From a plasmid: a DNA stretch of 64,000 bases. A program made the position numbers and the translations under genes. Location of the stretch: sequence record NZ_LR134454.1; one strand, written 5' to 3'. This document shows positions 48,963 to 58,651 of this stretch, piece after piece (the first letter of the stretch is position 1; each line of letters begins with the position of its first letter). A model generated the notes under the pieces. The model was not told where the DNA came from. It ran no database searches and worked only from the letters and a program-made list of their open reading frames with translations.

Positions 48963-50114
48963 TCAGTCCGGCGGCGACCAGCGCTGCGCGCTGCGGAAGA
49001 CCCGGTCCATCATGGCGTTCGGGGCGGCGCGCATCGCCACGTCCCGCCCGCGGACGAAGAGCGGCGTCGGCCACTGCAACGCCGCGCCGATCAGGTACGC
49101 CTGCCGCGCGATGGACTGCGTCCGGGGCCGGCGCGCCTTGTCGTAGGCGGCGAGCTTGGTCGGGATGTCCCGCGGGTCGTGGTCCCGCGCGATCGGCCGG
49201 AGCAGCGAGACCAGCACCGCGGCGTCCTCCAGCGCCAGGTTCGCGCCCTGCCCCAGCGTGGGCGGCATGGCGTGCGCGGCGTCGCCGACCAGCGTCGCCG
49301 GGCCCCGCGAGTACGTGCGCAGCGGGTGCGCCAGCCGCTCGATGGGCTGGTAGCCGATGCGTTCCGGGGCCGTCGCGGCCAGGAGTGCGGGGATCGGGTC
49401 GTGCCACTCGCCGTACCGCTCCTCGAGCTCCCCGGGTTCGGGCAGATCGTCGTCGGCGGCGGGGCGCACCGCGAACCAGTACACGCGGCCGTCGCGCAGC
49501 GGCACGTACCCGAACCGCTCGCCCCGGCCGAAGGTCTCGCCGCTGTCGGGCAGCGCGACGGGGGTGTCGGTGATGCCCCGCCACGCCCCGTAGCCGCAGT
49601 ACGCGGCCCCGGGGTCGCCGGCGTGACTGCCCCGGACGCGGCTGCGGATCCCGTCGGCGCCGACCAGCACGTGCCAGTCCTCGAGCAGCCCGCTCGGTCC
49701 GAGGTCCAGCGTCTCGCGGCTGAGCCCCTCCACCCGGATGCCCGGCCGGACGGTGTCCGGGGCCAGGTCCCGCAACAGGGCCCGGTGCAGGTCGGTGCGG
49801 TCCACCACCCGCAGATCGGCGAGGGTGGCCGGCGAGAACTCGGTGAGCCGGGTGCCGTCCGCGCGGCGGGTGCCGTACGGGATGGACGGCGGACCGTCGG
49901 CCACGACCTCCCGCACCCGCTCCTCGAGGCCGAGCGAGCGGAGGGCCGCGAAACCGTTGGAGAGCAGCGAAAGTCCGGAGCCCCGGGGGAGGAAACGGGC
50001 GGCCTGCTCGAGGACGATCACCTCGGCACCGGCGCGCTGCAGGCCGGAGGCCACCGCCAGCCCGCCGATGCCGGCGCCGACGACGGCGACGCGCAGTGAG
50101 TTGGTCCTCCACAT
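48963..50114 (-). CDS. FAD-dependent aromatic-ring monooxygenase (salicylate hydroxylase/UbiH-like).
   Basis: VAVVGAGIGGLA dinucleotide-binding motif, DG motif VGADGIRSRVR and C-terminal GDAAHAMPPTLGQGANLALEDA. Confidence 0.8.
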   Translation of the reverse strand: MWRTNSLRVAVVGAGIGGLAVASGLQRAGAEVIVLEQAARFLPRGSGLSLLSNGFAALRSLGLEERVREVVADGPPSIPYGTRRADGTRLTEFSPATLADLRVVDRTDLHRALLRDLAPDTVRPGIRVEGLSRETLDLGPSGLLEDWHVLVGADGIRSRVRGSHAGDPGAAYCGYGAWRGITDTPVALPDSGETFGRGERFGYVPLRDGRVYWFAVRPAADDDLPEPGELEERYGEWHDPIPALLAATAPERIGYQPIERLAHPLRTYSRGPATLVGDAAHAMPPTLGQGANLALEDAAVLVSLLRPIARDHDPRDIPTKLAAYDKARRPRTQSIARQAYLIGAALQWPTPLFVRGRDVAMRAAPNAMMDRVFRSAQRWSPPD

Positions 50115-50280
50115 GCCTTCGACGCTAGTGCGGAACGGCCGCCGTGTCACCGAGGTGTGCGCCGAGTGACACGCCGTGTTGTCATAGGGCTGTCCTGCGT
50201 TTGGGATCCCACCCGACCTGTGGTTATTCTTGTGCGTCCCTCCAACGCTGAAACGAGGGCAGAGCCCTCGAGGAGTGACC

Positions 50281-50811
50281 GTGGCCGTCGCCGACGAATG
50301 GGAACTGTGGTTCCCCGACGCTTACGAGATCGGCGCGGAGACGGTGCGGTCGTTCGCCCGCGCGACCCGCAGCTGGGACGTCCCCTACGCCGTCAGCCGC
50401 CGGCTTCCGGACGACGTGGTCGTGCCGGCGACGATGCTCGGCGCACCCATGCTGCAGGCGGCGTCCGCGGTGGTCGGCCGGGCCATCCCCGGATGCAACC
50501 TCGCGGCGATCATGCACGCGGGCCAGTCCTTCACCTACTTGCGGCCGCTGCACGTGGGCGACGTCCTCAGCCTGGGGGTGCGGCTGACGTCGCACATCGT
50601 CAAGGCGGAGACCGACCTCATCGTGGTCGAGTGCATGGTCTACTCGGACGGCGAGCCGTCGCTCGACGCGGAGATCTTCCTGGTGCACAGCCAGCGCGAG
50701 ACCGGCATCGACCTCGAGGCGGCCGACCGGCTCGCCGACGAGGTGATGATGACCGGCACCGGGCCGTCGAACAGCGACGCCTACGCCGCCAACGTCGCCG
50801 GGTCCCGCTAG
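50281..50811 (+). CDS. Hotdog-fold protein (UPF0336/FAS1-like dehydratase N-terminal type).
   Basis: GTG start after GAGGAG. About 176 aa of hotdog composition. Confidence 0.5.
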   Translation: MAVADEWELWFPDAYEIGAETVRSFARATRSWDVPYAVSRRLPDDVVVPATMLGAPMLQAASAVVGRAIPGCNLAAIMHAGQSFTYLRPLHVGDVLSLGVRLTSHIVKAETDLIVVECMVYSDGEPSLDAEIFLVHSQRETGIDLEAADRLADEVMMTGTGPSNSDAYAANVAGSR

Positions 50812-50812
50812 A

Positions 50813-52483
50813 TCAGACCGCGGCGCCGAGGATCCCGTCGAGCGCCCGCGCCATGTCGGCGGCCTCGATCCGCATGAGCACCGCCTCGTCGACCCCGGCC
50901 AGGTCCAGGCCCGAGTCGGCGAGCCGCAGCTCCCGCTCCTCCTCGGCCGCCTCGATGACGTTCCGCACGAACCGGCCGTTGCCCAGGCGGTCGAGCCGGT
51001 CGGCGACGCCGGCGCAGCAGGTCTCCAACACCTCCGCCGCGTCGCCGGTGAGCACCGCGTCGCGCGAGCGGGCCATCGCCGCGCCGATCTCGGCGAGCTC
51101 GCCCGGGCTGTAGCCGGGGAACCGGATGCGGCGCGCGAACCGCGAGGCCAGGCCCTCGTTGGAGCCGAGGAAGCGGTCGATCTCGGCGTCGTAGCCCGCC
51201 ACGATCACGACGAGGCGGTCGCGGTCGTTCTCCATCCGCGCGAGCAGCGTGTCGATCGCCTCCTGCCCGAACGCGTCGCCGCCGCTGAGGCCCTCCTGCA
51301 CCAGCGTGTAGGCCTCGTCGATGAACAGCACCCCGTCGAGCGCGGAGTCGATGACCGCGGAGGTCTTCTGCGCCGTGGCGCCGAGGTACTGCCCGACGAG
51401 GTCGCGGCGCGAGCACTCGACCACGGTGTCGGTCGCCAGTAGCCCCAGCCCGCGGTACATCCGCGCGACGATGCGCGCCACCGTCGTCTTCCCCGTGCCG
51501 GGCGGACCGGTGAAGGCGAGGTGCAGCGACCGGCTCCCGCTCGACAGCCCGCGGTCGGCGCGCACCCGGGCCAGCTGCATCGTCGTCCGCAGCCGGGTGA
51601 CCTGCTCCTTCACCTCGCGCAGCCCGACCTGCCGCTCCAGCTCGTCGGAGGCCGCGGCCAGTAGCTCGTCGCCGGCTTCGGCGGGTGCGTCGTCGGGGGC
51701 GGGCGCGTCCGGGGCGTCGAGCACCAGGCGGTGGCCCGGGTCGCGCAGCGCGGCCTCCGCGGGCGGGTACGACGGTGCCGCCCGCTCCAGCAGTTCGCGC
51801 GCGCGCTCCTCCTCGCCCTGCTCCCGCAGGACGAGGCCGTGGCAGTACCGGGCCGCGGCGGCGGCGCCGGGCACCGGGCCCTCGGCCGCGACGGTCAGCA
51901 GCCGGGTGGCCTCGGCGAACCGGCCGAGTTGCGCCGCGGCGGATCCCGCGATCGTGGCCGCCGCGGCGGCGAGCACCGGGTCGTCCCAGTCGGCGTGCCC
52001 GGCGAGCGCGGTCAGGGCGTCCGGCCACCGTCGGGTCCGGGCGGCGACGACCGCGCGCTGGTAGTGGGCGATCGGGCACGGCGGGGCGCCGTCGAGGGCG
52101 CGCTCGGCCTCGTCGGGCGCACCGTCGGCGAGCAGGCGCGCGGCGTAGGCGACGTGCGCGGTCGCGGCGTCGCGGAGCGGGTAGTCCACGTAGAGGCCGG
52201 TGGCGAAGGTGGAGCTCAGCGCGCCGGGCGCAAGACCCACGCGGCGGGCGGCGGCGCCGATCCCCTCGACGTGGCGGTGCAGTGCGGCGAGCACCTCGGC
52301 GGTGTTCTCGCCGGCCGCGGCGCGGCCCAGCCAGGCGTCGGCCATCCCCGGATCTGCGGTGGTGGCGGCCTCGAAGGCGCGGCGCGCGAGCGCGGGGTCG
52401 GGCGGCCCCGCCTCGAACTCGCCGATCCCGATCCCGAGCGCGGCGACGCCCGCCTGGAACGCGCGGAGCGCAGATGTAGCCAT
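50813..52483 (-). CDS. AAA+ ATPase of the CbbX/EccA family, with a TPR-like Ala-rich N-terminal half.
   Basis: Walker A GPPGTGKTT, Walker B VLFIDEAY and the CbbX-type arginine finger region. The N-terminal ~300 aa are helical-repeat-like. No ESX core genes (eccB/C/D, mycP, esx) occur in this window. Confidence 0.75.
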   Translation of the reverse strand: MATSALRAFQAGVAALGIGIGEFEAGPPDPALARRAFEAATTADPGMADAWLGRAAAGENTAEVLAALHRHVEGIGAAARRVGLAPGALSSTFATGLYVDYPLRDAATAHVAYAARLLADGAPDEAERALDGAPPCPIAHYQRAVVAARTRRWPDALTALAGHADWDDPVLAAAAATIAGSAAAQLGRFAEATRLLTVAAEGPVPGAAAAARYCHGLVLREQGEEERARELLERAAPSYPPAEAALRDPGHRLVLDAPDAPAPDDAPAEAGDELLAAASDELERQVGLREVKEQVTRLRTTMQLARVRADRGLSSGSRSLHLAFTGPPGTGKTTVARIVARMYRGLGLLATDTVVECSRRDLVGQYLGATAQKTSAVIDSALDGVLFIDEAYTLVQEGLSGGDAFGQEAIDTLLARMENDRDRLVVIVAGYDAEIDRFLGSNEGLASRFARRIRFPGYSPGELAEIGAAMARSRDAVLTGDAAEVLETCCAGVADRLDRLGNGRFVRNVIEAAEEERELRLADSGLDLAGVDEAVLMRIEAADMARALDGILGAAV

Positions 52484-52564
52484 GTGGTCCCCCCAGACCC
52501 CGATGTTGCGATCACACTAGCGGGGTGGCGCGCGGCGCGGGCGGATTCGGGGGAGGCGGCGCGG

Positions 52565-53047
52565 TCAGCGGGCCAGTGCGGCGATCTCGCGGATCTCGGC
52601 CAGATCGGGGCCGTACTCCGGCGACGACCAGAATCGCAGTCGCCAGTGGTCGTCGCCCTCGCCGGCGTGCCGCGCGGCGGCCTCGACCTCGTAGTAGCCG
52701 CGGGCCATGGGGAACTCCAGCACCTCGCCGGGCCCGTCCGCGGTGGGGGAGAACCACTCGACGGAGCCGGAGGTGTCGACGCACAGCTGGGTGCGCAGCA
52801 CGGTGTCCCACTCGCCGTCCTCCGGCGGGACGGCGTCCCAGTGCTCGAGCTCGACGGGCATCGCCGCCTGCGCCCGGGACGGGGACGCGAAGCCGGCGGT
52901 GGCCCGGTTGGTCGCGGCGCCGTGCACCGTCACGGCGGCCAGCAGGTCGTCGGGTACCCGGTGCCCGAAGCAGCTGCCGAAGAACTTCCCGTCGCGCAGG
53001 TCGAGCACGCCGGAGAGCTGCGTGAGGATCCGAGGTTCGAGGCGCAT
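52565..53047 (-). CDS. Hypothetical protein (160 aa).
   Basis: ORF with an ATG at 53047. No recognisable motifs. Confidence 0.35.
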   Translation of the reverse strand: MRLEPRILTQLSGVLDLRDGKFFGSCFGHRVPDDLLAAVTVHGAATNRATAGFASPSRAQAAMPVELEHWDAVPPEDGEWDTVLRTQLCVDTSGSVEWFSPTADGPGEVLEFPMARGYYEVEAAARHAGEGDDHWRLRFWSSPEYGPDLAEIREIAALAR

Positions 53048-53153
53048 CGGTCCATCATGACGGATGCGGGCGGAGCCGCACCCGATGTGTCCGATTCGGT
53101 GTGGGGGATCGCCCCGATGCCGCAGGTGACGAGATTCTGGCATTCTCGGTGAC

Positions 53154-53933
53154 ATGTCACAGACTCCCTACGCGCCGGCGACGCTGCCCACGCCCGAGAC
53201 GGTGGCCGCGCGCGCCGTCGGCGTCACCAAGGTCTACGGCGAGGGCGACAACGTCGTGCACGCGCTCGCGGGCGTCACCGTCGACTTCCGGGCGGGGGAG
53301 TTCACCGCCATCATGGGGCCGTCGGGCTCGGGCAAGTCGACGCTCATGCACTGCCTCGCCGGGCTCGACGCCGCCTCGGGCGGCTCGGTGCAGGTGGGCG
53401 GCACGGAGCTGACCTCGCTGAACGACAAGCAGATCACCCAGCTTCGACGCGACCGGATCGGCTTCGTCTTCCAGAGCTTCAACCTGGTGCCCACGCTCAC
53501 GGCGATCGAGAACATCACGCTCCCGCTCGACATCGCGGGCCGCAAGCCCGACGAGCAGTGGCTGAACGCGGTGATCGACCGGCTGGGTCTGCGGGACCGG
53601 CTCGATCACCGGCCCACCGAGCTGTCGGGCGGCCAGCAGCAGCGCGTCGCCTGCGCCCGCGCGCTCGTCGGGCGGCCGGAGATCATCTTCGGCGACGAGC
53701 CCACCGGCAACCTGGATTCGCGCTCGGGCGCCGAGGTGCTGTCCATCCTGCGCGCCGCGGTCGACGACTTCCGGCAGACCGTCGTCATCGTGACCCACGA
53801 TCCGCGCGCCGCCTCCTACGCCGACCGCGTCGTCTTCCTCGCCGACGGCCGCATCGTCGACGAGATGCGCAGCCCCACCGCGGAACGGGTGCTGGAGAAG
53901 ATGATCCACCTCGACGAGCTCGTCGCCCGCTGA
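53154..53933 (+). CDS. ABC transporter ATP-binding protein (MacB/LolD/FtsE-like).
   Basis: Walker A GPSGSGKST, signature LSGGQQQRVA, Walker B IIFGDEPTGNLD and an H-loop. Confidence 0.9.
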   Translation: MSQTPYAPATLPTPETVAARAVGVTKVYGEGDNVVHALAGVTVDFRAGEFTAIMGPSGSGKSTLMHCLAGLDAASGGSVQVGGTELTSLNDKQITQLRRDRIGFVFQSFNLVPTLTAIENITLPLDIAGRKPDEQWLNAVIDRLGLRDRLDHRPTELSGGQQQRVACARALVGRPEIIFGDEPTGNLDSRSGAEVLSILRAAVDDFRQTVVIVTHDPRAASYADRVVFLADGRIVDEMRSPTAERVLEKMIHLDELVAR

Positions 53934-56506
53934 TGGCGAATCCGATGCGCCGGGTGGCGCTGCGGAACCTCTTGGCGCACAAGGGGCGCCTCGTCCTGAC
54001 GGTGCTCTCGGTGCTGCTGGGCACGTCGTTCATCGCCGGCTCGATGGTCTTCACCGGCACCCTGTCGAAGGCCTTCGACGGGATCTCCGACAAGATCGCC
54101 GTCGGCGTCGACGCGCGCATCTCGCCCGAGAACGCCCAGGGCCAGGGCGGATTCGGCCCGGCCGGCCCGGGCGTGCCGCTCTCCGTCGTGGACCAGGTGA
54201 AGGCGGTGCCGGGCGTGCGCGTCGTCGTTCCGGCCGTCACCGGCACCATCGCCCTGCGCGACGGGAACGGCGACGTCGTCTCGCCCACCGGCGCCCCGCA
54301 GGTCGGCGGCGCGTACCTGCCGCCCGGCGAGAACCTCGACCCCGACGGCCTGAAGATCACCTCGGGGCGGGCGCCGTCCGCCCCGAACGAGATGGTGCTC
54401 AACGAATCCGCCTCCGAACGACTGAAGCTGCCCGTGGGCGCGAAGACCACCATCGTCGCGCCGCACTCGCCCGGCCCGACCGACGTGACGATCGTGGGGC
54501 TGTACACGATCTCCACCGACTCCGGCGGCTACCTGGGCGCGCTGTTCGCGAAGGACGAGGCGCAGAAGCTCTTCGGCGACGGCGCGACCGCCCCCTACAT
54601 CGAGGTCGGTGCCGCACAGGGCACCTCGCCAGAGCAGCTGCGCGACGCCCTCGCCGAGCGCCTGCCCGACCTGAACGTGCAGACGGGCGCGGAGGTGCGG
54701 CAGGAGTTCGAGGACACGATCAACCAGGGCCTGAGCTTCCTCAACTACTTCCTCGTCGCCTTCGGCCTCATCGGGCTCCTCGTGGGCGTCTTCATCATCT
54801 ACAACACCTTCTCGATGCTCGTGGCGCAGCGGCTCTCCGAGCTCGCGCTGCTCCGCGCCATCGGCGCCGGACGCGAGCAGGTGCGCAACTCGGTGGTGCT
54901 GGAGGCGCTCGTCGTGGGCGTGGTCGGCAGCGCGCTGGGGCTCGCCGTCGGCATCGGCCTCGCGGTGCTGCTGCGCGCCGGCGTCACCGCCGCGGGCGCG
55001 GGCTTCCCCGACGGCGGCCTCGCCGTGAGCCCGTCCGTGGTGATCACGGTGATGGTGGTCGGCACCGTCGTCACGGTGATCTCCGCCCTCATCCCCGCCG
55101 TGCGCGCCTCCCGGGTGCCGCCCGTCGCCGCGATGCGCGCCCAGGACGGTGGCTCCGCGCAGTCGCTGCTCGTCCGCGGCGCGGTCGGCGCGGCCCTGCT
55201 GCTGTGCTCGCTGGCGCTGCTCTTCGTGGCGACCACCGAGGTCGGCTCCACCGCCGCGATCGAGGTGGGCATCGCCGGCTTCGGGTTGATCCTCGCTATC
55301 GTGATCGGCGGCCCCGCGCTGGTGGCGCCGCTGCTCGGCGGCATCGGCAAGGTCATCGCCGCCCCCTTCGGGCCCGCGGGCCGGCTGGGCCGCACCAACG
55401 TGATGCGGAACCCGCAGCGCACCACCGCCACCGCCTTCGCGCTGGTGATCGGCGTGGCGCTGGTCGGCGTCATCGGCACACTCGGCGCGTCGATGCAGAA
55501 GTCGGTCGACGCGCAGGTCGATCAGGGCATCCGCTCCGACCTCATGTTGCAGGCGCCGTCGCTCGGCATGCCGCCGGCCGCCCTCACGGCGATCAAGGAC
55601 GTCCCCGGCGTCGGCACCAAGACCATCCTCTACGGGGTGCCGGTGCGGATCGGCGGCGACCGGCTCAGCGCCCTCGGGGTCGACGGTGACATCACCACCG
55701 CGTTCAACCTCACCCGGACGGCGGGCGAGCTGACGCTGAAACAGGGCGGGCTGCTCGTCGACGACCGCACGGCCCGCGAACGCGGCTGGGACGTGGGCAC
55801 CGAGGTCGAGCCGGCGTCCGCCGTCGGCGCCGCGAAGGCGAAGCTCGCGGTGACCGGGATCTACTCCGCCACCGGCGGTTCGCTGTCCGGCCCCGTGATC
55901 ACCGCCGCCGACATGAACACCCTGTATCCGCCCGCGAGCGGCGCCACCGCCCCGCTCGTCTCGCCGCAGTCGGTGTTCGTCGACGCCGCCGACGGCACGT
56001 CGGTGAGCGATCTCAAGGAGCGCCTGCGTGAGGCCGTGAAGCCGTTGCTCGTGGTCAACGTCGACGACCAGGACGACCTCAAGGATCAGGCGGGGCAGGC
56101 GATCACGGCGCTCATGGGCGTGCTGTACGGGTTGCTCGGCCTCGCGGTGGTGATCGCGATCCTCGGCATCGTCAACACGCTGGCGCTGTCGGTCGTCGAG
56201 CGCCGCCGCGAGATCGGGATGCTCCGCGCGATCGGCCTCATCCGCTCGCAGGTGCGCCGCTCGATCTACCTGGAGTCCATGCTCATCGCGGTCTTCGGCG
56301 CCGCGCTGGGGCTGGTGCTCGGGGTGCTGCTGGGCGTCTCGCTCGTGCACGCGCTGCGTGACGAGGGCCTCGGTTCCGTGGTGGTGCCGTGGTCCACGGT
56401 GATCGTCATGCTGGTCGCGTCCGCATTCGTCGGCGTCGGGGCGGCGATCCTGCCCGCCATCCGCGCCGCCCGCACGCCCCCGCTCGCCGCGATCGCGGAG
56501 GGTTGA
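53933..56506 (+). CDS. ABC transporter permease with two FtsX-type 4-TM domains and large extracytoplasmic domains (MacB-type).
   Basis: 857 aa. The start overlaps the ATPase stop codon. FtsX motifs and hydrophobic bundles occur at aa ~270-420 and ~730-850. Confidence 0.85.
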   Translation: MANPMRRVALRNLLAHKGRLVLTVLSVLLGTSFIAGSMVFTGTLSKAFDGISDKIAVGVDARISPENAQGQGGFGPAGPGVPLSVVDQVKAVPGVRVVVPAVTGTIALRDGNGDVVSPTGAPQVGGAYLPPGENLDPDGLKITSGRAPSAPNEMVLNESASERLKLPVGAKTTIVAPHSPGPTDVTIVGLYTISTDSGGYLGALFAKDEAQKLFGDGATAPYIEVGAAQGTSPEQLRDALAERLPDLNVQTGAEVRQEFEDTINQGLSFLNYFLVAFGLIGLLVGVFIIYNTFSMLVAQRLSELALLRAIGAGREQVRNSVVLEALVVGVVGSALGLAVGIGLAVLLRAGVTAAGAGFPDGGLAVSPSVVITVMVVGTVVTVISALIPAVRASRVPPVAAMRAQDGGSAQSLLVRGAVGAALLLCSLALLFVATTEVGSTAAIEVGIAGFGLILAIVIGGPALVAPLLGGIGKVIAAPFGPAGRLGRTNVMRNPQRTTATAFALVIGVALVGVIGTLGASMQKSVDAQVDQGIRSDLMLQAPSLGMPPAALTAIKDVPGVGTKTILYGVPVRIGGDRLSALGVDGDITTAFNLTRTAGELTLKQGGLLVDDRTARERGWDVGTEVEPASAVGAAKAKLAVTGIYSATGGSLSGPVITAADMNTLYPPASGATAPLVSPQSVFVDAADGTSVSDLKERLREAVKPLLVVNVDDQDDLKDQAGQAITALMGVLYGLLGLAVVIAILGIVNTLALSVVERRREIGMLRAIGLIRSQVRRSIYLESMLIAVFGAALGLVLGVLLGVSLVHALRDEGLGSVVVPWSTVIVMLVASAFVGVGAAILPAIRAARTPPLAAIAEG

Positions 56507-56516
56507 GTCCCCGCGC

Positions 56517-56649
56517 GTTCCGAAAGTCGAATTCTCCGGGGCGGCGCGCCGAATGCTGTCGCCGTGCGCCGCAGGACTCGACTTTCGGAAGGCGTGTCAC
56601 AGATCGCGCGCGGCCGGTGTCCCATGTGCGGAAGACTCGAATTCGCATG
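56517..56649. promoter_or_regulatory. Three related motifs: TTCCGAAAGTCGAATTC (56517-56533), its inverted partner TCGACTTTCGGAA (56578-56590) and ACTCGAATTCG (56635-56645), upstream of the oxidoreductase-sigma operon.
   Basis: Read directly from the sequence. The first and second copies are reverse complements over 13 nt. The third overlaps the RBS region. Confidence 0.45.
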
Positions 56650-56660
56650 AGGAGGCAATC

Positions 56661-57701
56661 ATGAAGGTCGTCGTGATCGGCGCGGGCTACGCGGGCACCA
56701 TCGCCGCGAATCGGCTGGTGAAGAAGGCGGACGCGGAGGTGACCGTGGTCAACCCGCGGCCCGGGTTCGTCGAGCGGGTGCGACTGCACGAGCACATCGC
56801 GGGCAGCGGCACGGTCGTCACGCCGCTCACCGAGATGCTGGACCCGCGGATCCGCCTGGTCGTCGGCTCCGTCGACAAGATCGGCGACGGCACGCTGCTC
56901 CTCGCCGACGGCACCTCCCTCCCCTTCGACCGCGCGATCTACGCCGCGGGCGGGGCGCCGACGGCACCGTCGGGCGCCTTCGCGGTGGGCGCGCTCGAGA
57001 CGGCGGAGGAGGCGCACCGGGCGCTGTCCGCCCTGCCCGACGGGGCCGGCGTCACCGTCGTCGGCGGGGGCCTGACCGGCATCGAGACCGCGGCCGAGGT
57101 CGCCGAATCCCGCCCCGGCCTGCGGGTACGACTGCTCAGCGAGGGCGAGGTCGGGGCGTCGCTCGGGCCCGGCGCGCGGGCGCGGGTCCGGCGCGAGCTC
57201 GACCGCCTCGGCGTCGTGGTGGAGCGCGGCCGGTTCGACGGCGCCGACGGTGCCGACCTCGTGCTGTGGGCCATCGCGACCCAGGTCAGCGACCTCGCGG
57301 CGCGCAGCGGCCTCGCCGTCGACGACGCCGGGCGCGTGATCGTCGACGAGTTCCTGCGCAGCGTCTCCGACCCGCGGATCGTCGCGGTGGGCGACGGTGC
57401 CGCCGTCCCCGGCGCACGGTTGAGCTGCCAGACCGCGCTGCCCCAGGGCGCGCACGGTGCGGACAACCTGGCCCGGGAGGTCGCGGGGAAGCGGGCGAAG
57501 CCGTACTCGATGGGCTACACCGGGCAGAACGTCTCGATCGGCCGGAGGAGCGCGGTGATCCAGGCCGCCCGGCGCGACGACACCCCCACCCGCCTCCAGT
57601 TCGGCGGGCGCTCCGCGGCGCTGGTCAAGGAGCAGGTCTGCAGGGTGGCCAAGGGAGCCGCCAGGACCGCGCGCTACGCCTGGTTGCCCGCGCCGCGATG
57701 A
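56661..57701 (+). CDS. NAD(P)/FAD-dependent pyridine-nucleotide disulfide-type oxidoreductase (NDH-2-like).
   Basis: MKVVVIGAGYAGT N-terminal Rossmann motif and a second GG motif VTVVGGGLTGIE. GAGGAGG RBS. Confidence 0.75.
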   Translation: MKVVVIGAGYAGTIAANRLVKKADAEVTVVNPRPGFVERVRLHEHIAGSGTVVTPLTEMLDPRIRLVVGSVDKIGDGTLLLADGTSLPFDRAIYAAGGAPTAPSGAFAVGALETAEEAHRALSALPDGAGVTVVGGGLTGIETAAEVAESRPGLRVRLLSEGEVGASLGPGARARVRRELDRLGVVVERGRFDGADGADLVLWAIATQVSDLAARSGLAVDDAGRVIVDEFLRSVSDPRIVAVGDGAAVPGARLSCQTALPQGAHGADNLAREVAGKRAKPYSMGYTGQNVSIGRRSAVIQAARRDDTPTRLQFGGRSAALVKEQVCRVAKGAARTARYAWLPAPR

Positions 57702-58567
57702 GTGCCGAGGAGCTCTTCGCCGGGCATCGCGCGCTGCTGTTCTCCGTGGCGTACGAGATCCTGGGCAGCGTCGCGGACGCGGAGGACGTGCTGCAGGAGA
57801 GTTACCTGCGGTGGCGCGAGGTGGACCTCGACACCGTCGAGAACCCGCGGGCGTACCTGGCGCGCATCGTGACCCGGCAGGCGCTCAACGCCCTGCGGGC
57901 CGCATCGCGGCGGCGGGAGGAGTACGTGGGGCCGTGGCTGCCGGAGCCGCTGGAGGCACCGACGGGCGACGCGCCGGCCGAGCACGTGCTCACGGGCGAG
58001 GCGGTGACCACGGCGATGCTGCTGGTCCTGGAATCGCTGACGCCCACCGAGCGCGCGGTCTTCGTGCTGCGGGAGGTCTTCGATTTCGGCTACCCCGAGA
58101 TCGCCGAGGCCGTCGGCAAGAGCGAGGCGACGGTGCGCCAGACGGCGCACCGCGCCCGCGGGCACGTGCGGGCCCGGCGACCGCGGGAGGTCGTGGATCC
58201 GGCGCAGGCGCAGGGCGTCGCCGAGCGGTTCGTGCTGGCGGCGGCGACGGGGGACGTGCAGGCGCTCATGGACCTCCTGGCGCCCGACGTCGTGTACCTG
58301 GGCGACGGCGGCGGGGTGGTCTCGGCCGCGCGGCGGCCGGTGCAGGGCGCGGACCGGGTGGCCCGGTTCGTCGCTGGGCTGTTCCGGAAGAGCGCCACGA
58401 TGGGGGAGCTCGGGCTGCGGTTCGCGGTCTACAACGGCATGCCGGCGATGGTCGTGACGTTCGACGGGGTGGTCGACCAGGTCACCTGCATCGAGGTCGA
58501 CGGTGGCGCGGTGACCGGCGTGTACACGGTGCGCAATCCGGACAAGTTGCGGCGAGTCATCGGATGA
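57698..58567 (+). CDS. sigJ: ECF sigma-70 factor with a C-terminal SnoaL-like extension (SigJ-like).
   Basis: Region 2 LLFSVAYEILGSVADAEDVLQESYLRW and region 4 ERAVFVLREVFDFGYPEIAEAVGKSEATVRQTAHRAR, plus a ~110-aa C-terminal SnoaL-like domain as in M. tuberculosis SigJ. The start overlaps the oxidoreductase stop. Confidence 0.75.
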   Translation: MSAEELFAGHRALLFSVAYEILGSVADAEDVLQESYLRWREVDLDTVENPRAYLARIVTRQALNALRAASRRREEYVGPWLPEPLEAPTGDAPAEHVLTGEAVTTAMLLVLESLTPTERAVFVLREVFDFGYPEIAEAVGKSEATVRQTAHRARGHVRARRPREVVDPAQAQGVAERFVLAAATGDVQALMDLLAPDVVYLGDGGGVVSAARRPVQGADRVARFVAGLFRKSATMGELGLRFAVYNGMPAMVVTFDGVVDQVTCIEVDGGAVTGVYTVRNPDKLRRVIG

Positions 58568-58605
58568 CTACGGTAGGTCGGTGAACAGCGGTTCCCGCCA
58601 CCGAG

Positions 58606-58651
58606 GTACGGAATCGTTCACTAACTTTGTCGCCTTTGCGGCATTCCGTAC
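58606..58651. other. Inverted repeat GTACGGAAT...(28 nt)...ATTCCGTAC, 40 nt downstream of the sigma-factor stop, inside a ~390-bp low-GC leader.
   Basis: Read directly from the sequence. It could act as a terminator/attenuator or as a protein-binding site. Confidence 0.4.
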
